Shown here: piece after piece, positions 20,894-30,608 of the stretch | Numbering within the stretch: the first letter of the stretch is position 1 | Layout: every line of letters starts with the position of its first letter | Sequence record: LC819006.1 | DNA length: 64,000 nt | Strand: one strand, 5' to 3' | The notes under the pieces: generated by a model | What the model was told of the DNA's origin: nothing | The model's input: the letters and a program-made list of their open reading frames with translations, nothing else | Databases searched by the model: none | Made by a program: the position numbers and the translations under genes

Positions 20894-22990
20894 ATGGATA
20901 ATATTCTGTTGCTCAACAAGAGGAACAAAACAGCAGTTTACCCGAGTGATCTGCTGGTCATTGACATTGACAGAACCTGTCCGATTCTCGGAAATCCGTT
21001 TCCGATGAAGGACAAAGACGACGATGAAGAACGCTCTTTTGTGATCGATTCATACCGTCGGTATTTTGAAAAAGAGTATGCCAATAATGGGATACTCACC
21101 AAACGAATTCATGAACTTGCAGACCTGGTTCGCTCTGGTAAGCGGATCGGTCTTCGCTGCTGGTGTCACCCTAAACCGTGTCACGGCAACATCATCATCT
21201 CCAAGATCAAAAAACTACTGGAAGGAAACATGTCTGAATCGCCTCAACAACCCAGTAAAGAGTTTCTGAACTATCCCTTCGCAAAGGAAGACATCGATTA
21301 CGTCGAATGTCGTTTCGCTATCCACATTCCGAAGGATCGAAACAACGAGAAGGGCATCGACCTTCATGCAGTTAAGGAAATCATTCACTTCAAGGATGGC
21401 ACGACCAAGCCATGGGTGAAGTACATTCCGAACTACCAATGCAAATTCTGGACGACGAAGCCTCATGTTCGTAACGGCAAGTTTGCACACAAGCAGAAGA
21501 AAGAATGGGAGTCGCTCGATAACCTGATTGAAGGTCAGGCTACGGCTTCCGGCATGGGCTTTGCAGTAGCTCGTGCGCTGGATCAGATGCGTCTGGCTGA
21601 TCGTTATTTCGATCTGAAGGATTCGCCCTACGTCTACGGTCTGGATATTCCGTCGACGGTGCAGCTCAAGCACGACTACACCGTGCGTATGCAGGGTAAG
21701 GCAGATACGCCGTTTACCATCGCTTATTCTGATACTGAAACGAACATGCTCGGTATCGAAGAAGGTGCTTCGAAACACATCATCATGCAGTCGCTCTTCC
21801 ATCAGGATGGACGTCTCTTTACGGTGATTCTCGAAGACTTCGTGAAAACGCTGCCTAATCCGCAGAAAGATCTTCGCGCCCTCTATGACGAACACATGCC
21901 TGAGCAAGGCAAGGAACTCGTCAAGGATTGGGAAATCGCAATCGTTAAAGAACCGATCGACATCGTCAAGGCGATTCTGCAACGTTGCCATACGTGGCAG
22001 CCTGACTTCCTGTCGTTCTGGAACATGATCTTCGACTTGGACAAAATGATCCAGTGCGTTGAAGACGCCGGTTATCGTCCCGAAGACATCTTCTGCGATC
22101 CTCGTCTGCCGCGTGAGTTGCGTTATGCTTTCCTGAAGCGCGCTAACCCGAGTAAGACGTCGGCATCGGGTCGTCTGATGACCAAGAAGCCTGCTGATCA
22201 GTGGCATAGCTGGCTGTGCCCTGCCTCGTTTTACATCATCGACCAGATGGCTACCTACCGCTTCGTTCGTAAATCGAAGCAGCTGGAAAAGTCTTACGGT
22301 CTGGATGACATTCTGGGCAAGGAACTCGAAGGTCTGGGTAAGCTTAAGCACAAACCTGCTGAAGGTTTGACTAAAGCCGAATTCCACATCTTCATGCAAC
22401 AGAAATATCCTGGCGAGTATGTGATCTATCACATCTGGGATGCGGTCTGTATGCACCTGCTGACATTGAAGACGAAGGACTTGTCATTCTCGTTGCCAGG
22501 TACGACGGAGTTCTCGGACTTCATGAGCTTTGAATCGGAACCGAAGCGCTATATCCACAAGTTCCATTTCTACGCATTGGAAAACCATCGATGCGTGACT
22601 GGCGTATCCAGTAAAGCTCTGGTGCAAGAATACGACGACATGACCATCTCCACCAAGGGTCACATCGTTACTCTTGAACCACACTTGACTGTGGATTCGG
22701 GGATGAAGATCTTCAATGATTATCCCGAGCTACAGACAAACTTCTACGGCCATAATGCTGACCTGGACGTTAAGTCCAGTTATCCATACGGCCAGTGGGT
22801 TTTCAACATGTCGCGTACTACGACTGTTCGAGAACTCGTTGAGATCGAAGGTGTGCGCGATCATGTTCGCCGCATCCAGGGTCTTAACATCTCTGGTGGA
22901 CGCAGTAATGCAGTTGAATTCTGTACTGAGATCTTCGGTCTTCCGAGCCTCGCTGAACTCGACAAGATTTACGATCAAGCACATGCATAA
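20894..22990 (+). CDS. N-terminal half of a split family-B DNA polymerase (exonuclease plus motif A; phiKZ gp82-like), with an in-frame N-terminal DUF4326-like domain
   Basis: ExoI YSDTET, ExoII FWNMIFDLDKM, ExoIII YHIWD, motif A DLDVKSSYP. N-terminal GNPF...LRCWCHPKPCHG. Second start at 21230 with an AAGGA RBS. Confidence 0.8.
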   Translation: MDNILLLNKRNKTAVYPSDLLVIDIDRTCPILGNPFPMKDKDDDEERSFVIDSYRRYFEKEYANNGILTKRIHELADLVRSGKRIGLRCWCHPKPCHGNIIISKIKKLLEGNMSESPQQPSKEFLNYPFAKEDIDYVECRFAIHIPKDRNNEKGIDLHAVKEIIHFKDGTTKPWVKYIPNYQCKFWTTKPHVRNGKFAHKQKKEWESLDNLIEGQATASGMGFAVARALDQMRLADRYFDLKDSPYVYGLDIPSTVQLKHDYTVRMQGKADTPFTIAYSDTETNMLGIEEGASKHIIMQSLFHQDGRLFTVILEDFVKTLPNPQKDLRALYDEHMPEQGKELVKDWEIAIVKEPIDIVKAILQRCHTWQPDFLSFWNMIFDLDKMIQCVEDAGYRPEDIFCDPRLPRELRYAFLKRANPSKTSASGRLMTKKPADQWHSWLCPASFYIIDQMATYRFVRKSKQLEKSYGLDDILGKELEGLGKLKHKPAEGLTKAEFHIFMQQKYPGEYVIYHIWDAVCMHLLTLKTKDLSFSLPGTTEFSDFMSFESEPKRYIHKFHFYALENHRCVTGVSSKALVQEYDDMTISTKGHIVTLEPHLTVDSGMKIFNDYPELQTNFYGHNADLDVKSSYPYGQWVFNMSRTTTVRELVEIEGVRDHVRRIQGLNISGGRSNAVEFCTEIFGLPSLAELDKIYDQAHA

Positions 22991-23000
22991 AGCATAGGCA

Positions 23001-23030
23001 CCTACTCCTACCCGCAAGGGTAGGAGTAGG
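23001..23030. terminator. 13-bp hairpin at a convergent junction, identical to 32849-32878
   Basis: CCTACTCCTACCC-GCAA-GGGTAGGAGTAGG. Confidence 0.7.
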
Positions 23031-23041
23031 ACTATGTCTGC

Positions 23042-23635
23042 TTACCATAGAGAATACCCGACCGGCGTATATTTGGGCGACGCCTGCCAATCAACAACCG
23101 TGAAACCGTTTGAGCCATACGGACTGGTAGCCATCGGATAAAACGTCGAGTTACCAGGACTGTATGAAGTCAGGTTAACGGCACCTTCGTTCGTACCATT
23201 GCGATAGTACGTCATGAGCTTGTTATCGAGATCTACAGCAACACCAACGTAATCGCCTTGAGTAAAGCCTGTTACACCATAACTGACGCGAGCGTTGTTG
23301 CCATAGATCAGTACGCTATAGCCTCCTGAACAATACCAGAAAATTTCTCCGGAAGCACTCGTCCAGGGAGTTACTGAAACTGGCGTTGCAGCCGTAGCGA
23401 GACCAATAAGCGGACTGTAACTAACACTACCTTCGAACTGAAACGCGAGGATTTCGAAGTAGTATTTACCTGAGCTTCTCGCCACGGTCGCCCTTACACC
23501 TTGACCATACGGTGAGATAGTAGCTCTAAGCGAGTTATTTGAAAGGGTGACCTGAGATCCTTTATTGTTCGTGTCCCAGATTGTAGTAGTTCCAGTTACT
23601 ACTTTTTTCTTTAAAAGCAAGTTGGCGGCTAGCAT
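23042..23635 (-). CDS. SPRY/B30.2-domain protein
   Basis: SGKYYFEI, GLAT, GDYVGVAVDLDN, YYRNG, FYPM: the SPRY motif series. Confidence 0.8.
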   Translation of the reverse strand: MLAANLLLKKKVVTGTTTIWDTNNKGSQVTLSNNSLRATISPYGQGVRATVARSSGKYYFEILAFQFEGSVSYSPLIGLATAATPVSVTPWTSASGEIFWYCSGGYSVLIYGNNARVSYGVTGFTQGDYVGVAVDLDNKLMTYYRNGTNEGAVNLTSYSPGNSTFYPMATSPYGSNGFTVVDWQASPKYTPVGYSLW

Positions 23636-23638
23636 ATC

Positions 23639-24229
23639 TCACCAAAGTCCATAGCCAGAAGGACAGTATAGCGGGCTCGGCTGCCAGTCGACCACTGTGG
23701 CGGCAGTTGCTGAGTTAGGACTCGCACAAACCGGATAGAAAACCGTGCCCGCCGAATAGTTGTTGGCTCCCCAGCCAATCAAAGGCTGAGCAACGCCGTT
23801 CAAGATCCAGTAAATGGTCTTGGCAGTCATGTCAAGAGCAACGCCCACGATGTCGCCTTGTTTAGGCGTCGTACCGTAATTGAAACGCTGATTGCTACCA
23901 TAGATGAACTGGGCTGAACCCGATCCACCGTAATACCAGAACATTTCATAGCTGCCGGTATTCCACGGTGACTGGAAAGGCGTGGTCGTTGTGCCGAGTC
24001 CAATCATCGGCATATAGATACCGGACTCGAATTGGGTCAGCTTGACCTCGTAGTACCATTTACCCGAGGTCTGGGAAAGAGTAGCGAAACAGGCTCCGCC
24101 GGATTGTCCGCAGTTCGCCCGAAGATTGCTGTTCGTTACAGTAACAGAAGAAGCTTTAAGGGTCGGACTCCACGTCGTCGGCGTGGACGCCAGAGCCTTC
24201 TTCTTAAGAAGCATTGCTGAATCAAACAT
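23639..24229 (-). CDS. SPRY/B30.2-domain protein, tandem paralog of 23042-23635
   Basis: SGKWYYEV, GDIVGVALDM, LNG, FYPV; start moved to MFDSAMLLKKK. Confidence 0.8.
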   Translation of the reverse strand: MFDSAMLLKKKALASTPTTWSPTLKASSVTVTNSNLRANCGQSGGACFATLSQTSGKWYYEVKLTQFESGIYMPMIGLGTTTTPFQSPWNTGSYEMFWYYGGSGSAQFIYGSNQRFNYGTTPKQGDIVGVALDMTAKTIYWILNGVAQPLIGWGANNYSAGTVFYPVCASPNSATAATVVDWQPSPLYCPSGYGLW

Positions 24230-24297
24230 AAGAAGCCCGGTATGATTTGTCAAAAGTCATAGAATCGTACCTAGGCTTGCGCCTAGGTACGAGTTCG

Positions 24298-24993
24298 TTA
24301 ACCGATGTACTGGATGATATTGTCGACCGACTTCTGCACTTCACTGATCGAGCGGGTTGCATCGACAGTGAAAAGAGGCCCGGCTTCCTGCATGATTCGC
24401 TGGCTGAACTGCGCACGGAAGTTCTGGATGAGGTTCTCGAAGAATTCGTCCGGCTTCGTTTCGAATGCATCCTTCACATCACCGGACGCACTTACACGTT
24501 CATCGACACGAGCGCGAGAAGTCGCCAGATCGATGTCCAGAAAGATCGTGGCGTAGCCTTTGATCTGGCTATAGAGCCATGCCCGCGTTTGAAGCGGATA
24601 TGAAGCCAGAATGTTGGGCAGATTCAGATGGTAGTCGAACATCTGATCACAGAGCTTCTTAGGGATTCCCTGAGTGAAGTGCTGGTATACCCATGTCGTG
24701 TCGTTCCAACGGTCACTGATGACCACCTGGCCAGCCAGAAGGGCAGGTATGATGTTCTCGACCAGTACCCGGCGCCGCAAATACAGAATACACGACAAAA
24801 CTGCCGGCATCGGGATTTTCTGATGAATCCATGCGTCCCGCATGAACGATGCTTCTTCGTCTTTCGGATATGCCGCGACAACGACATTCGGAATGCCTTT
24901 AGCCGTCAGGTATTCGCCGATGTATTTCGAGATACTGCTCTTACCGCTACCGTCGATGCCTTCAACGGTCCAGAAACGATTGTCACTTGCCAC
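24298..24993 (-). CDS. tmk: thymidylate (dTMP) kinase
   Basis: P-loop TVEGIDGSGKSS; ISDRW...YQ; IFLDID...R...R lid region. Confidence 0.88.
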   Translation of the reverse strand: MASDNRFWTVEGIDGSGKSSISKYIGEYLTAKGIPNVVVAAYPKDEEASFMRDAWIHQKIPMPAVLSCILYLRRRVLVENIIPALLAGQVVISDRWNDTTWVYQHFTQGIPKKLCDQMFDYHLNLPNILASYPLQTRAWLYSQIKGYATIFLDIDLATSRARVDERVSASGDVKDAFETKPDEFFENLIQNFRAQFSQRIMQEAGPLFTVDATRSISEVQKSVDNIIQYIG

Positions 24994-25098
24994 GTTGGTC
25001 TCCCAGGTTTAACCAGGCTATCTGGCCTAAAAATAAAAAATAAAGCAAAAAAAAAATCCCCGGTGTTACCCGGGGAGAAATACACGCGCCGCCGAGGG

Positions 25099-25869
25099 CT
25101 ACATGCGGCGCATGTAGAGACTCAGAGGCACGTAGGACGGATTCACGAAACGATACATTGCTGCAGCGCTCTGTTCCTTCTCGCGACAGTTATTCGCGAA
25201 ACGAACGAAGTGCTCCAACTCACCCTTGGTTTTGGCAGTGCCGACATACACACTGTTCTGCTCCTTAAGCGAACTGTAGTAGACTTCGACACCGCCTTCC
25301 TTCGAGCGAGCATAGGCTTGTACGCCATCGGGGATGATGACGTCATGCACAGTCTTGATATAGTTCCGGTTGTACTTCACCGGATACCACAACGACTTAT
25401 TGACCTCGTCGGTGAACTGACGCAGATTCTCGAAGTAGTAGTTCGCAGCTTCCAGGACCATGTTCTTGTAATCCGGATTGTGGAACTCCTGCGCAATGCT
25501 GCTACCGCTGAACACGCGAATAATAACCTTACGAGGGCCCCGCATTGCTGCGACCATCTTCGAAGGAAGAATGAAAACGCCATGGCCGGGAATGACCTTG
25601 ACGCCTTCTTCTTTTTTATCAAACAACTGACGTAGCTTGCCGCGCTGGGCGAAAGCTTTCGACTGACCGAGCGCGACGTTGTATTCGCGGAATGTCTCAG
25701 CCGATACTTCTTCGTCCACGATGGGCGTGAACACGTGATTCTGGCGAATGCTATTCACCCGCCATGCCTTATCACCATAGCTGGCGTTGATGATGGACAG
25801 GTCCGAATCAATCGGGAATTCGCGATTCAGAATACGCACTACGTTTTTGCCGACGGAGATCTGTTGCAT
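25099..25869 (-). CDS. hypothetical protein, 256 aa
   Basis: AAGGA RBS; followed by a U-tract terminator near 25046-25076. Confidence 0.7.
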   Translation of the reverse strand: MQQISVGKNVVRILNREFPIDSDLSIINASYGDKAWRVNSIRQNHVFTPIVDEEVSAETFREYNVALGQSKAFAQRGKLRQLFDKKEEGVKVIPGHGVFILPSKMVAAMRGPRKVIIRVFSGSSIAQEFHNPDYKNMVLEAANYYFENLRQFTDEVNKSLWYPVKYNRNYIKTVHDVIIPDGVQAYARSKEGGVEVYYSSLKEQNSVYVGTAKTKGELEHFVRFANNCREKEQSAAAMYRFVNPSYVPLSLYMRRM

Positions 25870-25903
25870 GTCGATTTTATCCTTACGTTTTGAAAGTTGA
25901 AGC

Positions 25904-26641
25904 TTAAGCTGCGTTGATGCTTACATCTTCAGAGTTTGCTGCTTCCAGGCTTTCGCCCGATGCTGCTTTTTGGCGAGCCTTGATGATGCAGATCGCCATG
26001 TCCACGGCCACCAGGAAGTGGGCGTGAGAGGTTTGGTACGGATTCTTCGGAACAGAAACCGTACTGGCCAGCCGTCGCGGATCGCCTGCTTCTTCATAGC
26101 TTTCCAGCGGAGCAGTCGTCTGATACGCGTCGATCATTTCCTTGGTAGCGGCGATGACCGAATCGACCCAGACATACTTCTTCTTCCATGCTGCCTTGTA
26201 ATAGCGCTTGGCGTCTTCAACCGAATAGCCGGCATTGGCGAGAGTCGCCAGACAGCCTTGTTCGAAGATTGCCCGCGTACGGACAGACAGCGGAATCGCG
26301 ACGATTGTGCGACCGACTTCTTTTTCATCTTGCTTGCGGATGTTGACGCGCAGGTCCCATTCACCGAGTCGGTGGGGAACGCGGCTCCAACCATGGAAGA
26401 ACTGTACCAGGTCCTTCTGGCGTCCTTCAGACACGATCCGTTCGATTTCTGCTACAGCCGCTTCGTCGGCGGCAGATGCGAGAGGTGCAGGGGCTACTCG
26501 ATGTGCCGGACGATGGGCCGCATGATTGTTTCCTCCACGACTGAAGGTCGAGGTGTGCGGCCGGTGACGTTGGCCTTCTGTGGATTGGGGCGTCTTATTC
26601 TTGTTGCCGCCGAATCGATGTGCCATGTTGAGATAAGTCAT
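25904..26641 (-). CDS. hypothetical early protein with an Arg/His-rich disordered N-terminus
   Basis: Start moved to MTYLN (GGAG RBS); downstream of the promoter-like motif at 26739-26748. Confidence 0.7.
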   Translation of the reverse strand: MTYLNMAHRFGGNKNKTPQSTEGQRHRPHTSTFSRGGNNHAAHRPAHRVAPAPLASAADEAAVAEIERIVSEGRQKDLVQFFHGWSRVPHRLGEWDLRVNIRKQDEKEVGRTIVAIPLSVRTRAIFEQGCLATLANAGYSVEDAKRYYKAAWKKKYVWVDSVIAATKEMIDAYQTTAPLESYEEAGDPRRLASTVSVPKNPYQTSHAHFLVAVDMAICIIKARQKAASGESLEAANSEDVSINAA

Positions 26642-26738
26642 AATGACTCCCAAGACATAATTTTGGTAAGCGAGGAATTCGCTTGTTTTAACCAACAGAA
26701 CAGAACCCAGCAAAAGTTTTAGCCGGAAATTCATTTTG

Positions 26739-26748
26739 ATTATATATT
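26739..26748 (-). promoter_or_regulatory. putative early promoter core AATATATAAT
   Basis: Member of the repeated ATATAT motif family in AT-rich intergenic DNA. Confidence 0.5.
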
Positions 26749-26835
26749 GTTGATTTTTTCTGCATTATATCTGATCGCCAAACAAATAAAAACAGACATA
26801 GACCAATACCAGAAGCCTTGCGGCCTCTGGTATCG

Positions 26836-27390
26836 TCATTTCTTTTGCTGCTGATTACTAGGCGTTTGAGCGAGCAACTTCTCCAACTTCTGAATAGCGC
26901 CGTTTCCGGCGCCAAGCAGCTTGGCGCTATGCTTCTTCGCCGAGTTAATCACCTTCAGGAAATCGCGTCGAGGATAACGAATTAACTCATCGAACGAAAA
27001 CCCGAAGATTTCGTGCACCTTGTTTTCGGCAAACTGGTCGAGACGGAAGTCAAACGGGTCCACACGAGCCAGATCCTCAAGCGGCGAGCAGAATAACAGG
27101 GGCCATGGAACGTTCTTGAAGTCGTCCGGTCCGTCGTGATTGTAGATGCCGAATGCGGTTTCGTACTTCATCCGCATGAACAACTCCGCGTCCACCACAT
27201 TGGGCAGTTTGGCGTTGGTCATGGCTTCCAGAATCACGTTGACCGGAGACCTGCCCCTGTCTTCTATTCTCGCCAACTCGGGTTCTAGTCCGATGTGTCC
27301 TCCAGACTCCTCGATGAGAGTCCAAGCAACTTCTGCTCGACCAGCTGAAAAAAAACCGAAACCGCATCGAGTGCGATCAGGCGCGGCCAC
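26836..27390 (-). CDS. conserved phiKZ-like protein; true start probably downstream of 27390
   Basis: C-terminal part looks globular (YETAFGI...PWPLL...FGFSFDEL); the listed start overlaps the previous gene by about 100 bp. Confidence 0.55.
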   Translation of the reverse strand: MAAPDRTRCGFGFFSAGRAEVAWTLIEESGGHIGLEPELARIEDRGRSPVNVILEAMTNAKLPNVVDAELFMRMKYETAFGIYNHDGPDDFKNVPWPLLFCSPLEDLARVDPFDFRLDQFAENKVHEIFGFSFDELIRYPRRDFLKVINSAKKHSAKLLGAGNGAIQKLEKLLAQTPSNQQQKK

Positions 27391-28811
27391 TTGTCGCCGG
27401 ACAGGGTGTCCTCGTACTCGTTGACCGAAGTCGTCGCAATGATTGCGACTTGCGTGTTGTTGATGTAGTCGCTGATCGCCTTGAAGAACTTCCGGGAGAT
27501 CTCGTCGGAGGCCGAGAGAGACACGAGCACCTTGTCCACGTTTTCACGCGTGGTATAGAGCTCGCCATCTTCTTCGATAGCCTTGACGTAGTGCGAGTAC
27601 TGGCGCAGACGAGAAGCCTTAGCCAATTGGCTGATGTACTGCATGCGCTTCTGGTCGGTCGCTTCCGCACCAAGAGCTTCGTGAACCGCGGCGTTGATCT
27701 CGTTGATCCACTTCTCGCCGGAGTCGAAGTACTCGCGCAGATTCGGCGTATACAGATGCAGCTTCACGCCCTCGCCGATTTCGACCACCGTATTCTGGTT
27801 GAAGACGAACTGGTCCTTGTAGTCCTTGATCGTCTTGAGCGTCATCGGCGATTCGATACGCTTGACCATGTGCGCCAGTTGCTCTTCCTTGAACATTTTG
27901 GCGTTCATGAAGAGACACTTGCGCAGGTCGATGATCTGATGCAGTTCTTCCTTCGGCAGCTTCGTATCTTCCGTGAAGACAGCCCGCGACATCGGGAAGC
28001 CGTTCGGATAGATCGAGGATGCGACCGACAGGGCAATCAGCGGCAGATCGTTCACGGTGATGTGATCGACCAGGTTTTCCTTGGGCAGATCGTTGACCGT
28101 CGTTTCGATCAGCGAGCCAACCCATGCTTCGAAAACAGCCTTGGCCGTGAAGACCGAGTTGTTCGCGAACATGAGACCATGCGTGGCCCGGCCGAGCTTG
28201 ATCGGTTCAGCGATGATGGTACGCCACAGGCCGATGATGTCGTATTCTTCCAGCGGCTTCACAGTCGCATAGAAGCCCGAACCAACGAGCGGAACCTGTA
28301 CCGGCGAACCCAGACCAAGACGCGCACGAACCGACAGGTTCAAACGCTCCGAACTCATCTTCGCGCCACGTCCCTTATTCGTGAACTTGGGACGACCGAC
28401 GTTGACGTTCTGGCCTGCGTAGTTCAGAGCGTTGCGCCATTCGGCATTCGGGTCAGCGAGCGCATCTTCGAACACGCCATGAGCCGGAACCGAACGGAAG
28501 CCGTTGAGAAGCGTCTGATACCAGTTCACCGCATCTTCGTTGACGTCGACTTCGCCCATCTTGGTCGCTGTCATGTCGTCGTTGATACGGCTTGCCGAAT
28601 CAGGCAGAAGAGGAACCAGGATATCCTGGAACTTCTTCAGTTCTTCTTCGCTGGGAGCAGGCGACATCAGGTCGGTCTTGCTTTCCCAGTTCTTTGCTTG
28701 CTTGGGCACCTCGACGGTCTGCGGGTCGATACTGACCTGCGTTTCGTCGGGCATGTGAAGCTCGGGCTCGTCACCCGAGCCGCCCTGGTTGTCTTCAGGA
28801 GCGATTGCCAT
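27285..28811 (-). CDS. conserved phiKZ-like core protein (gp77 position)
   Basis: 508 aa; gene order next to the vRNAP subunit block. Confidence 0.6.
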   Translation of the reverse strand: MAIAPEDNQGGSGDEPELHMPDETQVSIDPQTVEVPKQAKNWESKTDLMSPAPSEEELKKFQDILVPLLPDSASRINDDMTATKMGEVDVNEDAVNWYQTLLNGFRSVPAHGVFEDALADPNAEWRNALNYAGQNVNVGRPKFTNKGRGAKMSSERLNLSVRARLGLGSPVQVPLVGSGFYATVKPLEEYDIIGLWRTIIAEPIKLGRATHGLMFANNSVFTAKAVFEAWVGSLIETTVNDLPKENLVDHITVNDLPLIALSVASSIYPNGFPMSRAVFTEDTKLPKEELHQIIDLRKCLFMNAKMFKEEQLAHMVKRIESPMTLKTIKDYKDQFVFNQNTVVEIGEGVKLHLYTPNLREYFDSGEKWINEINAAVHEALGAEATDQKRMQYISQLAKASRLRQYSHYVKAIEEDGELYTTRENVDKVLVSLSASDEISRKFFKAISDYINNTQVAIIATTSVNEYEDTLSGDKWPRLIALDAVSVFFQLVEQKLLGLSSRSLEDTSD

Positions 28812-28823
28812 GTAGCTGGTTCC

Positions 28824-29597
28824 TTAGATGCGGATCAGGTCGATGCCGGGCTGCGGCTGACCAGTGACTTCTTCGGTTTCGACAACGCCGAGTTCATCGA
28901 TCGGCGTAACGACACGGCTCTGGCCGCGACCTTCAGCCGGCTGGTTGATGATTTCCGACGGCTTGAGTGCATCTTCGCCATCGGCGCTGATGCCTTCCAT
29001 GCCTTCGGCCGGAGCTTCGACTTCCTTCGCTGCTTGCGGAACGTCGCCTTCGTCGAGGATGGCGACTTCCTGGCCGGCAGCACGCGCAGCTTCGATCTGT
29101 TCGACCGTCAGTGCGTCTTGCGCTTCGAGCAGTTCCTTGAGCGCCTTGTTGTAAATCACGTTCAGCGCGCCGATGATCGGCTGGAACTTGTTGAAGAGGT
29201 CGATGTCGAATGCCTGATAGGCTTCGAAAATACGATACGCTTTCGAGAGCTCTTCGTAGCTCAGGCACAGCTTACGGATGTGGCCGTGGCTGTCCCAGAG
29301 AGCCTGGAATTCCTTGGCCATTTCGGCGACGAGCGGCTGGATCTTCGCGATTTCGGCGTCGAACGCTTCCTTCTCGCCGTTCTTGGCGACCTTCATCAGC
29401 ACGACCGGGTGGTTGTACTGTGCGAACAGTTCAGCCAGCTTGTTGATGTTCTTCTGGCTGCGTTGGTGAACTTCTTTCAGCTGATACCAGCAGCGGGAGG
29501 TCTTCTCGCGATCGAACGATTTCTTGCCGCTCGTCATGCCGGCTGCTGCGCGGCGTTCTGCGTCTTTCTGACGACGGCTTGCGGATTTTTGCGTCAT
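28824..29597 (-). CDS. coiled-coil protein with an acidic tail (gp78 position)
   Basis: 257 aa; GGGG RBS-like sequence; biased codon usage. Confidence 0.65.
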   Translation of the reverse strand: MTQKSASRRQKDAERRAAAGMTSGKKSFDREKTSRCWYQLKEVHQRSQKNINKLAELFAQYNHPVVLMKVAKNGEKEAFDAEIAKIQPLVAEMAKEFQALWDSHGHIRKLCLSYEELSKAYRIFEAYQAFDIDLFNKFQPIIGALNVIYNKALKELLEAQDALTVEQIEAARAAGQEVAILDEGDVPQAAKEVEAPAEGMEGISADGEDALKPSEIINQPAEGRGQSRVVTPIDELGVVETEEVTGQPQPGIDLIRI

Positions 29598-29711
29598 TTG
29601 TCATATCCCCAGTAGGAATTTTAGATGGTTCACCAGACGATAACTTCAGGTAAATAAAAAAGTATTTATTTACTCTGTTGTGTAGATCCTCTGATGAATA
29701 AGGAGAACACT

Positions 29712-30608
29712 ATGCTCGATCAGAGCTTGGACAACTTTTTGGAACAGGCATTGCCACCGGAGAAGTACCGCCTCTACGTGGACATTATCTCCTATTTGGA
29801 GAGCATAGAATACGACACCATCGAGAGTGAGCTACTCAATCTCATCTACATGTCGATTGGCGACGAGAACGAAAAGGTTCCGAAGCCTGAGTCGACCTGC
29901 GTGGATGAAATCTACGGTCACCTTCGCGAGTGTATGATCTCCCAACTTTCGCAAAGCGGTATCGTCGCGAATGAAGAGGTCAAGCTAAAGGATGTGTACG
30001 ATTTGGCCATCGGCCTTTTCCACATCTCCACTCACGAAGACATCGCAGGCATTGTTGCATGCTGCAGTCTCGATGAAGCCCCGATCCACCAACTGGCTGA
30101 AGTACTCCAGCTGGTGACGACGGTGAGCGCCGATCACTGGATGACAGTCATCGACGAAATTCAACCCGAAGTCATCGACAAGATTGTCGAGATGAGTAAA
30201 GAGACGATCAACTCCGAGTATCAAGTAATGGAGGAGACGGCTGAATATTTACAGAAGATCCGGATCTATTCCGAGTACTGCGTCAAGAAGGGAATGATTG
30301 ACCTCAAAGTCTTCAATCTCGTCTCGAATGTCGTGCTCGGACAGAACTACCAGACGTATCTGGATTCTGGTGTGATCCATGAACTCTTCGAAGGCGATCA
30401 GATGGAACGATTGGCGCTTGAGATGTACGGCATGGCGCTGATGTCCAATGATGCTTCGAAGGATCCGGTCGGAGCTATCCGAACTGTCATCGAGTCATAT
30501 ATCGAGGACACGCGTCGTATTGTCGACTTGAACTCGAAAGTGCAGCTGGTCAATGCCGAGTTCGTCAAGTTCTATCAAACCACCAGCCAGGGCCTGAACA
30601 ATGGATAA
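29712..30608 (+). CDS. conserved phiKZ-like protein (gp79 position)
   Basis: AAGGAG RBS before MLDQS; overlaps the start of the vRNAP subunit gene. Confidence 0.62.
   Translation: MLDQSLDNFLEQALPPEKYRLYVDIISYLESIEYDTIESELLNLIYMSIGDENEKVPKPESTCVDEIYGHLRECMISQLSQSGIVANEEVKLKDVYDLAIGLFHISTHEDIAGIVACCSLDEAPIHQLAEVLQLVTTVSADHWMTVIDEIQPEVIDKIVEMSKETINSEYQVMEETAEYLQKIRIYSEYCVKKGMIDLKVFNLVSNVVLGQNYQTYLDSGVIHELFEGDQMERLALEMYGMALMSNDASKDPVGAIRTVIESYIEDTRRIVDLNSKVQLVNAEFVKFYQTTSQGLNNG

Noticed and set aside
23042-24229. Diversity-generating retroelement acting on the lectin-fold genes
   Set aside because: No reverse transcriptase and no near-identical template/variable repeat pair differing at adenines in this window; the SPRY genes are simply diverged paralogs.
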